Assembly (NCBI GenBank): GCA_049510745.1
Contig: JBEKYR010000007.1
Span: 32,001 to 96,000, forward strand
Direction: 5' to 3'
Length of the DNA stretch: 64,000 nucleotides
Source of the DNA: Verrucomicrobiota bacterium
GTDB taxonomy: Bacteria > Verrucomicrobiota > Verrucomicrobiia > Limisphaerales > Palsa-1400
In this document: positions 28,081 to 38,049 of the stretch, in pieces
Numbering within the stretch: position 1 is the first letter of the stretch
How the letters are laid out: the number at the start of each line of letters is the position of its first letter
Program-made: the position numbers and the translations under genes
Notes under the pieces: model-generated
The model's input: the letters and a program-made list of their open reading frames with translations, nothing else
Told to the model about the DNA's origin: nothing
The model's database searches: none

Positions 28081-28536
28081 TTACTTGTTGGTCGCAGCGG
28101 CGGGCGCCGGCGTTTGGCCGGGGGCGGCGGCGGCCGGAGCGGAGGGGGTCTCCAGAGGCGCCGCGTTGGTCAACTGCAACAAGCCGCCACTGACGGGAGT
28201 GGTCGCGGCGGCGGGCGGCGGAGCCGCAGTATGTGAGATCCCTGTCGCGCCTTTTCTGGCGAGTTCTTCCTCAAGCAACGCGGCGGCGGACTTGGATTTA
28301 TTCGAGGCCATGACGGCCATGATGAGGGCCAGGGCGAAGAAGATGCCGGCCAAATACTTGGTGATCTTGGTCAGGACGTTGCCGGAACCCGCGCCAAAAA
28401 GGGCGTCGGTCGCCGCGCCGCCAAAAGCCATGCCCGCGCCGGCGTCCTTCTTGGGCAACTGCGCCAGCACCAGAACGACCAGCAAAACGCAGTCCAGAAA
28501 CATCACGACTGTCAAACAAATGTAAATAAAGTTCAT
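28081..28536 (-). CDS. secG: Preprotein translocase subunit SecG
   Basis: VLAQLPKKDAGAGMAFGG...LFGAGSGNVLTKIT; downstream of tpiA. Confidence 0.9.
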   Translation of the reverse strand: MNFIYICLTVVMFLDCVLLVVLVLAQLPKKDAGAGMAFGGAATDALFGAGSGNVLTKITKYLAGIFFALALIMAVMASNKSKSAAALLEEELARKGATGISHTAAPPPAAATTPVSGGLLQLTNAAPLETPSAPAAAAPGQTPAPAAATNK

Positions 28537-28545
28537 AGTTGCACG

Positions 28546-29310
28546 TTAAATCGAGTTCTTGATTATATCAGAGAAATTCCGCACGTCCAGCGAAGCGCCG
28601 CCCACCAGCGCGCCATCGACATCGGGCTGTTCCATCAATTCGCGGGCGTTGGAGGGCTTGACGCTGCCGCCGTATTGAATGCGGACGTGCCGCGCCACGC
28701 TCTCGTCAAACATCCCGGCGATGAGCTTGCGGATGAAGGCGTGGGCCTGCTGCGCCTGGGCGGAAGTGGCGGTCTTGCCCGTGCCAATCGCCCAAACCGG
28801 TTCGTAGGCCAGGATCGTTTCGCGCATCTGCTCGCCCGTCAAACCCGCCAGGCTCCCGCGCACCTGCGTGGTGAGCACCGCTTCGGTCTGGCCGCTTTCC
28901 CGCTCGGCCAACAGTTCGCCGACGCAGACGATGGGCTTGAGCGAGGCGGCGTGGGCGGCGCGGGCTTTCCTGGAAATCAATTCGTCGGTTTCCTTCTGGA
29001 ACTGGCGGCGCTCGGAGTGGCCGAGGATGACGTAGCGGACGGAGAATTCCTTCAACATCCCCGCCGCGATCTCGCCGGTAAAGGCGCCGAAATTGTTCTC
29101 GCTCATGTTTTGCGCGCCCAGGCGGATGGCGCTGTCCAGGACCGCCTTGGAGACTTCGCTCAAGGCGGTGAACGGCGGGCAGACGACCACGTCCATCTCC
29201 TTGAGGTTGGCCAGCTCCAGTTTCAGGCCTTTGACCAAAGCGAGGGCTTCGGCCACGGTCTTGTTCATCTTCCAGTTGCCCGCGATAATTAATTTTCGTT
29301 CTTTGTTCAT
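28546..29310 (-). CDS. tpiA: Triosephosphate isomerase
   Basis: AGNWKMN, GHSERR, AYEPVWAIGTG, LVGGASL. Confidence 0.99.
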   Translation of the reverse strand: MNKERKLIIAGNWKMNKTVAEALALVKGLKLELANLKEMDVVVCPPFTALSEVSKAVLDSAIRLGAQNMSENNFGAFTGEIAAGMLKEFSVRYVILGHSERRQFQKETDELISRKARAAHAASLKPIVCVGELLAERESGQTEAVLTTQVRGSLAGLTGEQMRETILAYEPVWAIGTGKTATSAQAQQAHAFIRKLIAGMFDESVARHVRIQYGGSVKPSNARELMEQPDVDGALVGGASLDVRNFSDIIKNSI

Positions 29311-29331
29311 GTGATTGTGCCATGCGAGGCG

Positions 29332-30588
29332 CTATTTGTCCGAAAGCGCGGCCACGCCCGGGAGGACTTTGCCCTCCAAAAACTCCAGGCTGGCCCCGCC
29401 GCCGGTGCTCATAAAAGTCACCTTGTCTCCCAGCCCGGCCTTGTGCAGGGCCTTGACGCTGTCTCCGCCGCCAATGATGCTTTTGGCGCCGTTCCGGGCC
29501 GTGGCCTCCGCCACCGCGCGCGCCACCGCGTTGGTGCCCTCGGCAAAGCGGGGGTCCTCGAACATCCCCATCGGGCCGTTCCACATGATGGTCTTGGCCG
29601 TGCTGAGAATTTGAGCATAACGCCGGGCCGTCTCCGGTCCGATGTCCAACCCTTGCGCCTCCGCCGGAATGTCCGCGTCCTTAGTGGCACACGGATTCTG
29701 AATGTCAATCACCGGCTTGCCTTTTTTGTTGAGTTTGCCCGTCTCGACGGGCGTGCCGATGACATGGTCGGAGGGCAGCAAAAACTGGACGCCGCGCGCC
29801 TTGGCCTTGTCCAAGGCGGCCTTGGCCACGGCCTGTTTGTCAGGCTCGGCCAGGGATTTGCCGATTTTAAGCCCTTGCGCCAGATTGAACGTATAAGCCA
29901 TCGCGCCGCCGATCAAAATGGTGTCCGCCTTTTCCAGGAGGCGGTCGATGACCTTGATTTTGTCCGAAACCTTCGCGCCGCCGAGCACGACAACGAACGG
30001 ACGCCGCGGCTTTTCCAACTCCTCGCCGAGAAACTTCAATTCCCGCTCCATCAACAAACCCGCCGCGCACTTGCCCCCGCGTTTGGCGATGACCCGCGCC
30101 ACCCCTTCGGTGGAAGCGTGGGCGCGATGCGCCGCGCCAAAGGCGTCATTGACATACAGGTCGGCCAGCCGGGCCAGTTTTTCCGCGAAGGCGGGATCAT
30201 TGGCTTCCTCCTCGTTGTAGAAGCGGACGTTCTCCAACAGGAGCAGGTCGCCCGGCTTGAGGGCGGCGGCGGCTTTTTCCGCGGCGTCGCTGATGCAATC
30301 GTCGGCAAAGGCCACCGGGCGGCCGATCAATTCAGAGAGTTTGGCGGCGACCGGGCGCAGGGACATGGAAGGCTCCCGTTTGCCCTTGGGCCGGCCGAGG
30401 TGGGCGGCGAGGATGATTTTGGCGCCCTTGTCGATGAGCAGGCGCAAGGTGGGGAGAGTTTCCTGGATGCGGGTGGCATCAGTGATGACCATCTTCCCGT
30501 CTTTTTCCTCCATCGGCACATTGAAATCCACGCGCACAAGCACCCGTTGGTTGTTCACGTTCAAGTTATTGACACTCAATTTTTCCAT
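29332..30588 (-). CDS. pgk: Phosphoglycerate kinase
   Basis: VRVDFNVP, HLGRP, DAFGAAHRAHAS, WNGPMG, STGGGASLEFLEG. Confidence 0.99.
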   Translation of the reverse strand: MEKLSVNNLNVNNQRVLVRVDFNVPMEEKDGKMVITDATRIQETLPTLRLLIDKGAKIILAAHLGRPKGKREPSMSLRPVAAKLSELIGRPVAFADDCISDAAEKAAAALKPGDLLLLENVRFYNEEEANDPAFAEKLARLADLYVNDAFGAAHRAHASTEGVARVIAKRGGKCAAGLLMERELKFLGEELEKPRRPFVVVLGGAKVSDKIKVIDRLLEKADTILIGGAMAYTFNLAQGLKIGKSLAEPDKQAVAKAALDKAKARGVQFLLPSDHVIGTPVETGKLNKKGKPVIDIQNPCATKDADIPAEAQGLDIGPETARRYAQILSTAKTIMWNGPMGMFEDPRFAEGTNAVARAVAEATARNGAKSIIGGGDSVKALHKAGLGDKVTFMSTGGGASLEFLEGKVLPGVAALSDK

Positions 30589-30814
30589 AAGGGGAAAAGA
30601 GTAACCGGCATGAGAATCCAATTTCAACTAATAAACAAAGGGCCGCCGTGTTACGAAATGGAAAAATCAGCGCCGGAGGGGTTGCGCCCGGCCAGGGGGC
30701 GTGCTAACTTGCTGTCATTCAAGGCCCAAGGCTTTTGGGAAAATTCGCTAAAGAAAGAGTTGACGGCGGCCGATGGTTTTGGTCGAATGACCGCTCTTTT
30801 TCGAGAGTGGAACT

Positions 30815-31126
30815 ATGTATGCTGTAATTGAAACTGGTAGCAAGCAATACCGCGTCAGCGCCGGCGATACGCTGGAAGTCGAACGGCTTTCGGCCGAGGC
30901 GGGGCAATCGGTGACGTTTGACCGCGTGTTGTTGATCAATAATGAAGGCAAAATCACGCCCGGCGCGCCCACGGTGGCGCAGGCGGCGGTGGTGGCCGAC
31001 GTGGTCGAACATATTCGCGGGGAGAAGAAAGTGGCGTTCAAAATGAAGCGCCGCAAAGGGTATCATAAGAAAATTGGACATCGCCAGGAGTTGTCCGTTG
31101 TCAAAATCAAAGAAATCAAAGGATAG
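30815..31126 (+). CDS. rplU: 50S ribosomal protein L21
   Basis: [14 protein letters not shown]...KRRKGY...GHRQ. Confidence 0.98.
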   Translation: MYAVIETGSKQYRVSAGDTLEVERLSAEAGQSVTFDRVLLINNEGKITPGAPTVAQAAVVADVVEHIRGEKKVAFKMKRRKGYHKKIGHRQELSVVKIKEIKG

Positions 31127-31137
31127 TCGAGGTCTTT

Positions 31138-31407
31138 ATGGCTCATAAAAAAGGTCAAGGCAGCGTGCGCAACGGGCGCGACAGCGTCAGCAAGCGGCTG
31201 GGCGTGAAAGAATTTGGCGGTCAATTTGTGACGGCCGGCAGCATATTGGTCCGGCAACGCGGCTCGAAGTTTATCGCCGGCCAGAATGTCGGCACGGGCC
31301 GGGATTGGACCCTGTTCGCACTGACGGACGGGCGCGTTTTGTTCGACAAGAACAGCCACCGCATCAATGTGAAACCCAAGAGCGAGAGCGAGGTTGGCAG
31401 CAACTAG
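31138..31407 (+). CDS. rpmA: 50S ribosomal protein L27
   Basis: [16 protein letters not shown]. Confidence 0.99.
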   Translation: MAHKKGQGSVRNGRDSVSKRLGVKEFGGQFVTAGSILVRQRGSKFIAGQNVGTGRDWTLFALTDGRVLFDKNSHRINVKPKSESEVGSN

Positions 31408-31429
31408 GATGTTTCCAGGGGATGGCGCC

Positions 31430-31458
31430 GGCGAGGTTGGAAAGGCCTCGCCTTTTTT
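31430..31458 (+). terminator. Intrinsic terminator between rpmA and obgE
   Basis: GGCGAGG-N9-CCTCGCC followed by T6. Confidence 0.7.
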
Positions 31459-31518
31459 GTTGGAGGAGGGCCGCGCAGAGGCGCGATTCTCCCCGGCTTG
31501 CCCGCGCCGGACGATTCG

Positions 31519-32673
31519 ATGTTTGTTGATGAAGTCAAAGTCTATGGACGCGCGGGCCACGGCGGCAAAGGCTGCGTGGCCTTTCTGCGCGAGATTTTTC
31601 GTCCCAAGGGCGGTCCCAGCGGCGGCAACGGCGGGCGGGGCGGCGATGTCATTCTGCAAGCCGACCATGATTTGAACAATCTGGTGGCGCAATTCTACAA
31701 CGCGCGGTTGATCGCCCAGGAGGGCGAACCGGGCATGGGCAAGGGCATGGATGGCGCGGCGGGCAAGGACCTGGTGGTGCGAGTCCCCTGCGGCACGCTG
31801 GTGTGGTCTTTGGAGCCGGCCGAGACTTCCCCATCTGAGGAGCCGGAGAGGAAACCACCGGCCCTGCTGACCGCCGCCAGTTGCCGGCCCATGATCCGTC
31901 ACGCCGGTCCCGAGCAGGCGGTGGAAATCAATTTGGAAGAGGAACAACCGGCGGGGCAGTTCCGCCGCCGGGGCGAGTTGATCGCCGACCTGACCCAGGA
32001 CGGCCAGCGGTATATATTATGCAAGGGCGGGCGAGGCGGGTTGGGAAACCGCAACTTCGCCACCGCGCGGCGGCAGACGCCGCGCTTTGCCCAACCGGGA
32101 GAGGCGGGGAGCGAAGGCGAGTTTTTGCTCGAACTGCGGACCATCGCGGACGTCGGCCTGGTCGGTTTTCCCAACGCGGGCAAATCGACCTTGCTGGGCG
32201 CCGTTTCGCAAGCGCATCCAAAGGTCGCCCCTTATCCGTTCACCACGCTTCATCCGCAAATCGGGGTTGTCGAGTATCCCGATTACGTGCGATTGACGAT
32301 GTGCGACGTGCCGGGCCTGGTGGCCGGCTCGCATCGGAATGTCGGCCTGGGCCACAAGTTTCTCCGGCATGTCGAACGCTGCAAGCTGCTGGTGCTGTTG
32401 CTGGACATGGCGGGAACGGACGGCCGGGAGCCGGCGGACGATTACAAGCAGTTGCTGGATGAATTGGCGTTGTACGACCCCGGCTTGCTGGAAAAACCCC
32501 GCCTCGTCGTGGCCAACAAGATGGATGAACCCGTGGCGGAGACAAATCTGAAGAAATTCAAGCGCAAAATCCGCCGCGTCCCTGTTCTCCCGATTTCGGC
32601 CGCGTTCGACCAAGGCCTGGAGCATTTCAAAAATGCCATGCGCAAGGCCGCGGCCACTGAGGCGGAGGCGTGA
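31519..32673 (+). CDS. obgE: GTPase ObgE/CgtA
   Basis: MFVDEV, GGPSGGNGGRGG, GFPNAGKST, YPFTT, NKMD. Confidence 0.97.
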   Translation: MFVDEVKVYGRAGHGGKGCVAFLREIFRPKGGPSGGNGGRGGDVILQADHDLNNLVAQFYNARLIAQEGEPGMGKGMDGAAGKDLVVRVPCGTLVWSLEPAETSPSEEPERKPPALLTAASCRPMIRHAGPEQAVEINLEEEQPAGQFRRRGELIADLTQDGQRYILCKGGRGGLGNRNFATARRQTPRFAQPGEAGSEGEFLLELRTIADVGLVGFPNAGKSTLLGAVSQAHPKVAPYPFTTLHPQIGVVEYPDYVRLTMCDVPGLVAGSHRNVGLGHKFLRHVERCKLLVLLLDMAGTDGREPADDYKQLLDELALYDPGLLEKPRLVVANKMDEPVAETNLKKFKRKIRRVPVLPISAAFDQGLEHFKNAMRKAAATEAEA

Positions 32674-32714
32674 AACGCTGAACTCCGTTTTCTGCTTCGC
32701 GGCAAATACTCTCT

Positions 32715-33818
32715 ATGCTCAAAGCTGGAATCGTCGGATTGCCCAACGTCGGCAAAAGCACCCTCTTTAACGCCCTGACCCGGACACGCAAAGCGCCCGC
32801 CGCCAATTACCCTTTCTGCACGATTGATCCCAACCTCGGCATCGTGACGGTGCCGGACGCGCGTTTGGAGGCGCTGGCCCCGATCGCGAAAACGACGGTG
32901 ATAATTCCCGCGGTGATCGAATTTGTGGATATCGCCGGGTTGGTCAAGGGGGCCTCGCAAGGAGAAGGGCTGGGCAACAAATTCCTCAGCCACATCCGGG
33001 AAGTCGATGCCATTATCCAAGTCGTCCGTTGCTTCGAGGACCCGGACGTCCATCATGTCGCCGGGGCCATTGATCCGGTCCGCGACATTGAAACGGTCAC
33101 GACGGAATTGGTGTTGGCCGATTTGGAAGCCGTGCAGAAGCGCCTGGAGAAAAGCGCCAAGGAGGTCAAGCGGGGCGACAAACTGGCGATGGAAGAGGCC
33201 AGGGTCCTGAAGAAGTTCCAGAGCCACTTCGATTCCGGCCAGCCTGGGATCACTTTGCATTTGACGCCGGAGGAGCGGGCTTTAGCCAGATCATTCTATC
33301 TGCTGACCGATAAACCGACCATTTTCGCCGCAAACGTTAAAGAAGCCGACTTGGCCGGAGCCGCGTCCAACCCCTTTGTTGAACAGGTCAGGAACTACGC
33401 GCGCAAACACCACGCCTGCGAAACGGTCGTCATTTGCGCCCAGATTGAAAGCGACCTGATCGACCTGGCAGCCGACGAGTCGAAGGCGTTTTTGAAGGAA
33501 TTGGGGGTGGAGGAATCCGGGGTTGGCACGCTTATCGGGAGCACGTATCGCTTGCTGGGGCTTCGCACCTTTTTTACGGCCAGTGAGAAGGAAGTCCGGG
33601 CCTGGACGATTCACGCCGGCGACACTGCGCCGAAAGCGGCGGGGGTCGTCCACAGCGATTTCGAACGCGGTTTCATCAAAGCGGAAACCGTCGCGTACGC
33701 GGATTTGGTGCGCTGTGGGTCCATTGCCGTCGCCCGGGATAAGGGGCTTTACCGAATGGAGGGCAAAGAGTACGTGGTGCAGGATGGGGACGTGATTCTG
33801 TTCAAATTCAACGTATGA
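32715..33818 (+). CDS. ychF: Redox-regulated ATPase YchF
   Basis: [35 protein letters not shown]. Confidence 0.98.
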   Translation: MLKAGIVGLPNVGKSTLFNALTRTRKAPAANYPFCTIDPNLGIVTVPDARLEALAPIAKTTVIIPAVIEFVDIAGLVKGASQGEGLGNKFLSHIREVDAIIQVVRCFEDPDVHHVAGAIDPVRDIETVTTELVLADLEAVQKRLEKSAKEVKRGDKLAMEEARVLKKFQSHFDSGQPGITLHLTPEERALARSFYLLTDKPTIFAANVKEADLAGAASNPFVEQVRNYARKHHACETVVICAQIESDLIDLAADESKAFLKELGVEESGVGTLIGSTYRLLGLRTFFTASEKEVRAWTIHAGDTAPKAAGVVHSDFERGFIKAETVAYADLVRCGSIAVARDKGLYRMEGKEYVVQDGDVILFKFNV

Positions 33819-33952
33819 TGCGGGATCTTCACGCAAAACCAATGAGTTCTTTTCACGCAATATGCGTGGAATTTTAGCGCAAGCGGGTGAAAACAGGGAA
33901 GAACGGGGGGTAAACGGGGCGAAAAACGGGATTTTTGGCGTTTTTTGGCCTG

Positions 33953-33968
33953 TGGCACTATCCGTGCT
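33953..33968 (+). promoter_or_regulatory. Sigma54 (-24/-12) promoter of the pilin-like gene
   Basis: TGGCAC-TATCC-GTGCT, i.e. GG-N10-GC, about 80 bp upstream of the ATG. Confidence 0.7.
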
Positions 33969-34047
33969 TGAAAGAAGGCAAATCGAGTCGGCACTGATAA
34001 CAGAGTAATTACAGAGCGCAGTCGATTCCAAATTAACCTAAGAAAAC

Positions 34048-34923
34048 ATGAAAGAATTACGGAACAGAAAAGTCGGAGCTTTCACTCTCATTGAGTTGTT
34101 AGTTGTCATCGCCATCATCGCCATTCTTGCCAGTATGCTGCTGCCGGCGCTGGCTCGCGCCAAACAAAAGGCGCAGAGAATTTCGTGCATCAACAACCTG
34201 AAGCAGGTCGGCACCGCGTATCGCATTTGGGCCAATGACAACGGCGACCGGTTTCCATGCCAGCAGACCATAGCCTTGGGCGGCATGTCGGACTTGGTCA
34301 CCACCAGCGGGACCGTTTCCCAGTTCGCCTTCCTCGACTACGCCCTCATGCAGAACGAAATGGGCCAATCGGCGAAAATCGTGTGCTGCCCGTCCGACGA
34401 TCGCACGCCCAACACCAACTTCTATTGGGGAAATAACCCTTCGGTCAACAGCAGCTATTTTACGCAAACGGCTTCGGGCACCTTCAACACTACCAACTGC
34501 TCCTATTGGGTTGGGGTTGGCGCCAATGACACCTACCCGCAGTCGCTTCTGGGTGGGGATCGCAACCTCGGTTGCACCGGCGCGACCGGAACCTCTCAGG
34601 ATCAGAACTACGGCTTCTCTCCACCCCAGATCTCTTCAACACAAGGCGCTGACGTTGCGATTTATACTAACGGATCCTTGGATACGGCCGTTCAGGCCTA
34701 CAGCGTCCCCGGCACCGGCTTGGTAGGCTGGTCTGCCAAACTGCATTCCGCCGGCAACCTGGCGGGCGCCGGTGACATCCTTCTTGGTGACGGCAGTTCC
34801 CAACAGGTGACCTCGGGTGGTCTCCGTCTAAACTGGATCAAGAATGCCGTCGATGCCGGTCAATGGGGCGGTGGGATCTCGACGCAGCCGGCCTATGCTG
34901 CCATTCGCCTGTTGTTCCCGTAA
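34048..34923 (+). CDS. Prepilin-type N-terminal cleavage/methylation protein (type IV pilin/T2SS-G-like, H-X9-DG-like C-terminus)
   Basis: [44 protein letters not shown]. Confidence 0.93.
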   Translation: MKELRNRKVGAFTLIELLVVIAIIAILASMLLPALARAKQKAQRISCINNLKQVGTAYRIWANDNGDRFPCQQTIALGGMSDLVTTSGTVSQFAFLDYALMQNEMGQSAKIVCCPSDDRTPNTNFYWGNNPSVNSSYFTQTASGTFNTTNCSYWVGVGANDTYPQSLLGGDRNLGCTGATGTSQDQNYGFSPPQISSTQGADVAIYTNGSLDTAVQAYSVPGTGLVGWSAKLHSAGNLAGAGDILLGDGSSQQVTSGGLRLNWIKNAVDAGQWGGGISTQPAYAAIRLLFP

Positions 34924-34949
34924 TCCGGCCAGCTAGTCCGTTCTTTCGC

Positions 34950-34977
34950 AAAGGCATCCGCAAGGATGCCTTTTTTT
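34950..34977 (+). terminator. Intrinsic terminator (possibly bidirectional)
   Basis: AAAGGCATCC-GCAA-GGATGCC-T7, GNRA loop, between convergent genes. Confidence 0.92.
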
Positions 34978-35944
34978 ATTCCTCCGCCCCGGCTGTCCGC
35001 TGGATGATTTCAGAGAGCGGGGTCGCCGGTTGGAAGCCGACGTACCGGGCCAGCTTTTCGATGATTGGTTTGCGCCGCAGCATGTCCTGGAACCCGGGCG
35101 CGTAGGCTTTCTCGTAAGGCACAGACTCGATGACTGAGGACGACTTGAGCAGGGCAATGACCGTCTCCGCCAGTTTGCCAATGCTGATTTCCTCCGAACC
35201 GCCGACGTTGAAGATTTCCCCGCGGGCAGCGGCGCAAGAGCCCAGGCGGACCAAAGCTTCCACGGTGTCGCCCACGTAACAGAAGCACCGCGTCTGGCGG
35301 CCATCCCCGAACACTTTGAGCGGCTCGCCGCGGCGCGCGGCCCGGATGAAGCGCGGCAAAACCATCCCGTATTGGCCGGTCTGCCGGGGGCCGACCGTAT
35401 TGAAGAGCCTGGCGATGACAACCGGCGTCTTATGCTCTTTGGCATGGGCCAGCGCCAAAAACTCATCCATCAGCTTCGAGCAGGCATAACTCCACCGGCT
35501 CAAGTGCGGCGGGCCGATGAGCAAGTCGTCCTCCTCGGAAAACGCCGCCTTCCGGCTCTTGCCATAAACCTCCGAAGTCGAGGCGAGCAGAATCGGCACG
35601 CCCTTGGCGCTGACGGCGTCCAGGATAAAGCGCGTCTCGCGCAGGTTGGTTTCGATGGTCCTGACACCGTAAGCCATGACCAATTCGACGCCGACCGCCG
35701 CCGCCAGATGGTAAACGGCCCCGGCCTTGGCGACCAACTCTCCCAAAGCGCGGCATTCGGAAACCTTCGATTCGATCACGACCAGGTCCGGATGCGAGCG
35801 CACGGCCCGCAAATTCTCCAGACGCCCCGTGGAGAGGTCATCGAGCACCGTGACGGAATGGCCATCGGCCAGCAAACGTTCGACCAAATGAGAGCCGATG
35901 AATCCGGCGCCGCCGGTCACCAGGATGTTTGTTTTGCCGCCCAC
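34976..35944 (-). CDS. NAD-dependent nucleotide-sugar epimerase/dehydratase (extended SDR)
   Basis: TGGAGFIGSH, ASTSEVYG, YACSK, RLFNTVGPRQ. Confidence 0.93.
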   Translation of the reverse strand: MGGKTNILVTGGAGFIGSHLVERLLADGHSVTVLDDLSTGRLENLRAVRSHPDLVVIESKVSECRALGELVAKAGAVYHLAAAVGVELVMAYGVRTIETNLRETRFILDAVSAKGVPILLASTSEVYGKSRKAAFSEEDDLLIGPPHLSRWSYACSKLMDEFLALAHAKEHKTPVVIARLFNTVGPRQTGQYGMVLPRFIRAARRGEPLKVFGDGRQTRCFCYVGDTVEALVRLGSCAAARGEIFNVGGSEEISIGKLAETVIALLKSSSVIESVPYEKAYAPGFQDMLRRKPIIEKLARYVGFQPATPLSEIIQRTAGAEE

Positions 35945-36076
35945 GACCGCCCCATTGTGCGGGGGGACCGGGCTGGACTCAAGCAGGAACAGCGGGAGCG
36001 ACGCGTTTTCGTTTGATTTCGTCTTGCGGCCAGGCGGGCGGCGTCCTACACTCAGGCACGGTGTTCAGCCGGTACA

Positions 36077-36760
36077 ATGATTGAACTGATCCAATTTCCC
36101 TGGAGCCCGTTCTGCCTGGTGCAGCGGCGCATTTTGGAATACGCCTGCGTTCCGCATAAACTCACGAACATCCCCAACCAGGACCGCTCGCTGGTCTGGC
36201 GCCTGACCCGCCGGCGCTATTACGGCGTGCCCATCATCCGGGACGGCCGCACGGTGGTGTTTGAGACCGATGACGATTCGCAGGTGATCGCCAAATACAT
36301 CAACGAAAAATTCCAGCTCGACCTGTTCCCCAAATCGTTCCGGGGCGTGGACCGGATTATGTGGCGGTACATCGAGAATGAAATCGAGGGCTCTTGCTTC
36401 AAGCTCAATGACATTTACTGGGAGGAGTTTGTGCCCAAGGCCGGGCGCCTGGCGTTTTTGCGCCATAAGGAACGGAAATTCGGGCGCGGCTGCCTGGACC
36501 AATGGCGGACGGCACAGCCGCAGTTGATTGCGGACCTGACGCAGAAGCTGGTCCCCTTTGAAACGATGCTGGCGGAGCGGCCCTTCTTGTTGCCAGGACA
36601 GGCGCATTTCCTCGACTTCGACCTTTGGGGCATGCTGGCCAATTTTCTCCATACCGGGCATTACCAGTTGCCGGCCATTCACAGTTGTTTGAATGACTGG
36701 TTCGCGCGGATGTCCAAACTCAAGCGAGCCGCCATCCAAAGTGAAAAACTACATTCTTGA
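36077..36760 (+). CDS. Glutathione S-transferase family protein
   Basis: PWSPFC, VPII.DG, DSQVIAKY, LAERPFL, FLDFDLWG. Confidence 0.82.
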   Translation: MIELIQFPWSPFCLVQRRILEYACVPHKLTNIPNQDRSLVWRLTRRRYYGVPIIRDGRTVVFETDDDSQVIAKYINEKFQLDLFPKSFRGVDRIMWRYIENEIEGSCFKLNDIYWEEFVPKAGRLAFLRHKERKFGRGCLDQWRTAQPQLIADLTQKLVPFETMLAERPFLLPGQAHFLDFDLWGMLANFLHTGHYQLPAIHSCLNDWFARMSKLKRAAIQSEKLHS

Positions 36761-38048
36761 CACCAATGTTCTGCTGCACGACCCCAATTCACTCCTGGCC
36801 TTCAAGGGCAACGCCGTCCTGATCCCAATCGAAGTCATCGAGGAAATCGACCGTTTCAAACGGGAGTCATCCGAGTTGGGCCAGAACGCCCGCACCGTTT
36901 CGCGCGCGCTGGACGCCTTGCGCGCCAAAGGCCACCTCAACAAGGGGGTCAAACTCGACAACGGGGGCACCTTGCGCATCATTTTTCACGACCGCAATGG
37001 CGAGGCCACTTCTCCCTTTGGCAACAACACCGTCGATAGCCGCATTGTCAGCCTGGCCCTGGCGGTGCATAAGGCCGAACCCAAAGTGCCCGCCATCCTG
37101 GTCACCAAAGACATCAACCTGCGCCTCAAGGCCGACATCCTGGGCCTGCCCGCCGAGGATTACGAAACCGACCGCGTGCTGTTGACAGACCTTTACACCG
37201 GCATGATCGAGTTGACGGTCACGGCGGAGAAAATGTCCCGCTTCCGCGTCGAAAGCGAACTGGATTTGAACGGCCGCGGCAAATACTTTCCCAACGAATA
37301 CTGCACGCTACAGGAAGAAACCAACCCCAAGCGCACTGCCCTGGCCAAGGTGGACCTGACCGGGACGAAATTGGTTCCGATCCTGGATTGCCGCGAGGGC
37401 ATCTGGGGCATCAAACCGCGCAACCGCGAACAACAATTCGCCTTCGACGCCCTGCTCGACGACCGGGTCAAGCTGGTGACGTTGATGGGCAAGGCCGGCA
37501 CGGGCAAAACCCTCATGGCCATGGCCGCCGGACTGAAACGAACGGTGCTGGACCGCGAATTCCGCCGCCTGGTCGTCGCCCGCCCCACCGTCTCGATGGG
37601 CCGCGAACTGGGTTTCCTTCCCGGTTCGCTGGAGGAGAAGTTGAACCCGTGGATGCAGCCGATCCACGACGCGCTGGAACTGTTGAGCGATTTGAACATG
37701 GGCTCCGACCACCGCCGCAGCACCGATTTGATGCGCTCGGGCACGATTGTGGTCGAGGCCCTCAGCTATATTCGCGGGAGGAGCATCGCCCATCAGTTCA
37801 TGGTCATCGACGAGGCGCAGAACCTGACGCCGCTCGAAGTCAAGACTATTATTACGCGGGTCGGGACGGGCACCAAGATCATTTTCACGGGCGACCCCTA
37901 CCAGATCGACAACCCGTATGTCGATTCCTCCTCCAACGGCTTCAACTACATCATCAGCCGGTTCCGCGACCAGGCGATTTCGGCCCACATCGAACTGCAA
38001 AAGGGGGAGCGCTCGGAACTGGCGGAGCTGGCGGCGAATATTTTATGA
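36741..38048 (+). CDS. PhoH family protein (PIN + PhoH ATPase, PhoH2/YlaK-like)
   Basis: YILDTNVLLHDP, VTKDINLR, GKAGTGKT, YIRGRS, DEAQN, GDPYQID; GTG start. Confidence 0.95.
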   Translation: MKNYILDTNVLLHDPNSLLAFKGNAVLIPIEVIEEIDRFKRESSELGQNARTVSRALDALRAKGHLNKGVKLDNGGTLRIIFHDRNGEATSPFGNNTVDSRIVSLALAVHKAEPKVPAILVTKDINLRLKADILGLPAEDYETDRVLLTDLYTGMIELTVTAEKMSRFRVESELDLNGRGKYFPNEYCTLQEETNPKRTALAKVDLTGTKLVPILDCREGIWGIKPRNREQQFAFDALLDDRVKLVTLMGKAGTGKTLMAMAAGLKRTVLDREFRRLVVARPTVSMGRELGFLPGSLEEKLNPWMQPIHDALELLSDLNMGSDHRRSTDLMRSGTIVVEALSYIRGRSIAHQFMVIDEAQNLTPLEVKTIITRVGTGTKIIFTGDPYQIDNPYVDSSSNGFNYIISRFRDQAISAHIELQKGERSELAELAANIL

Positions 38049-38049
38049 T

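Noticed and set aside
30589..30814. Missing gap gene or hidden ncRNA upstream of pgk
   Set aside because: Short divergent promoter region; separation of gap from pgk is ordinary rearrangement and no RNA motif could be supported
33975..34030. c-di-GMP-I riboswitch in the pilin leader (GGCAAA, AATCGA..TCGATT stem)
   Set aside because: Lacks the GNRA-capped P2 and GACGCAAA/receptor elements
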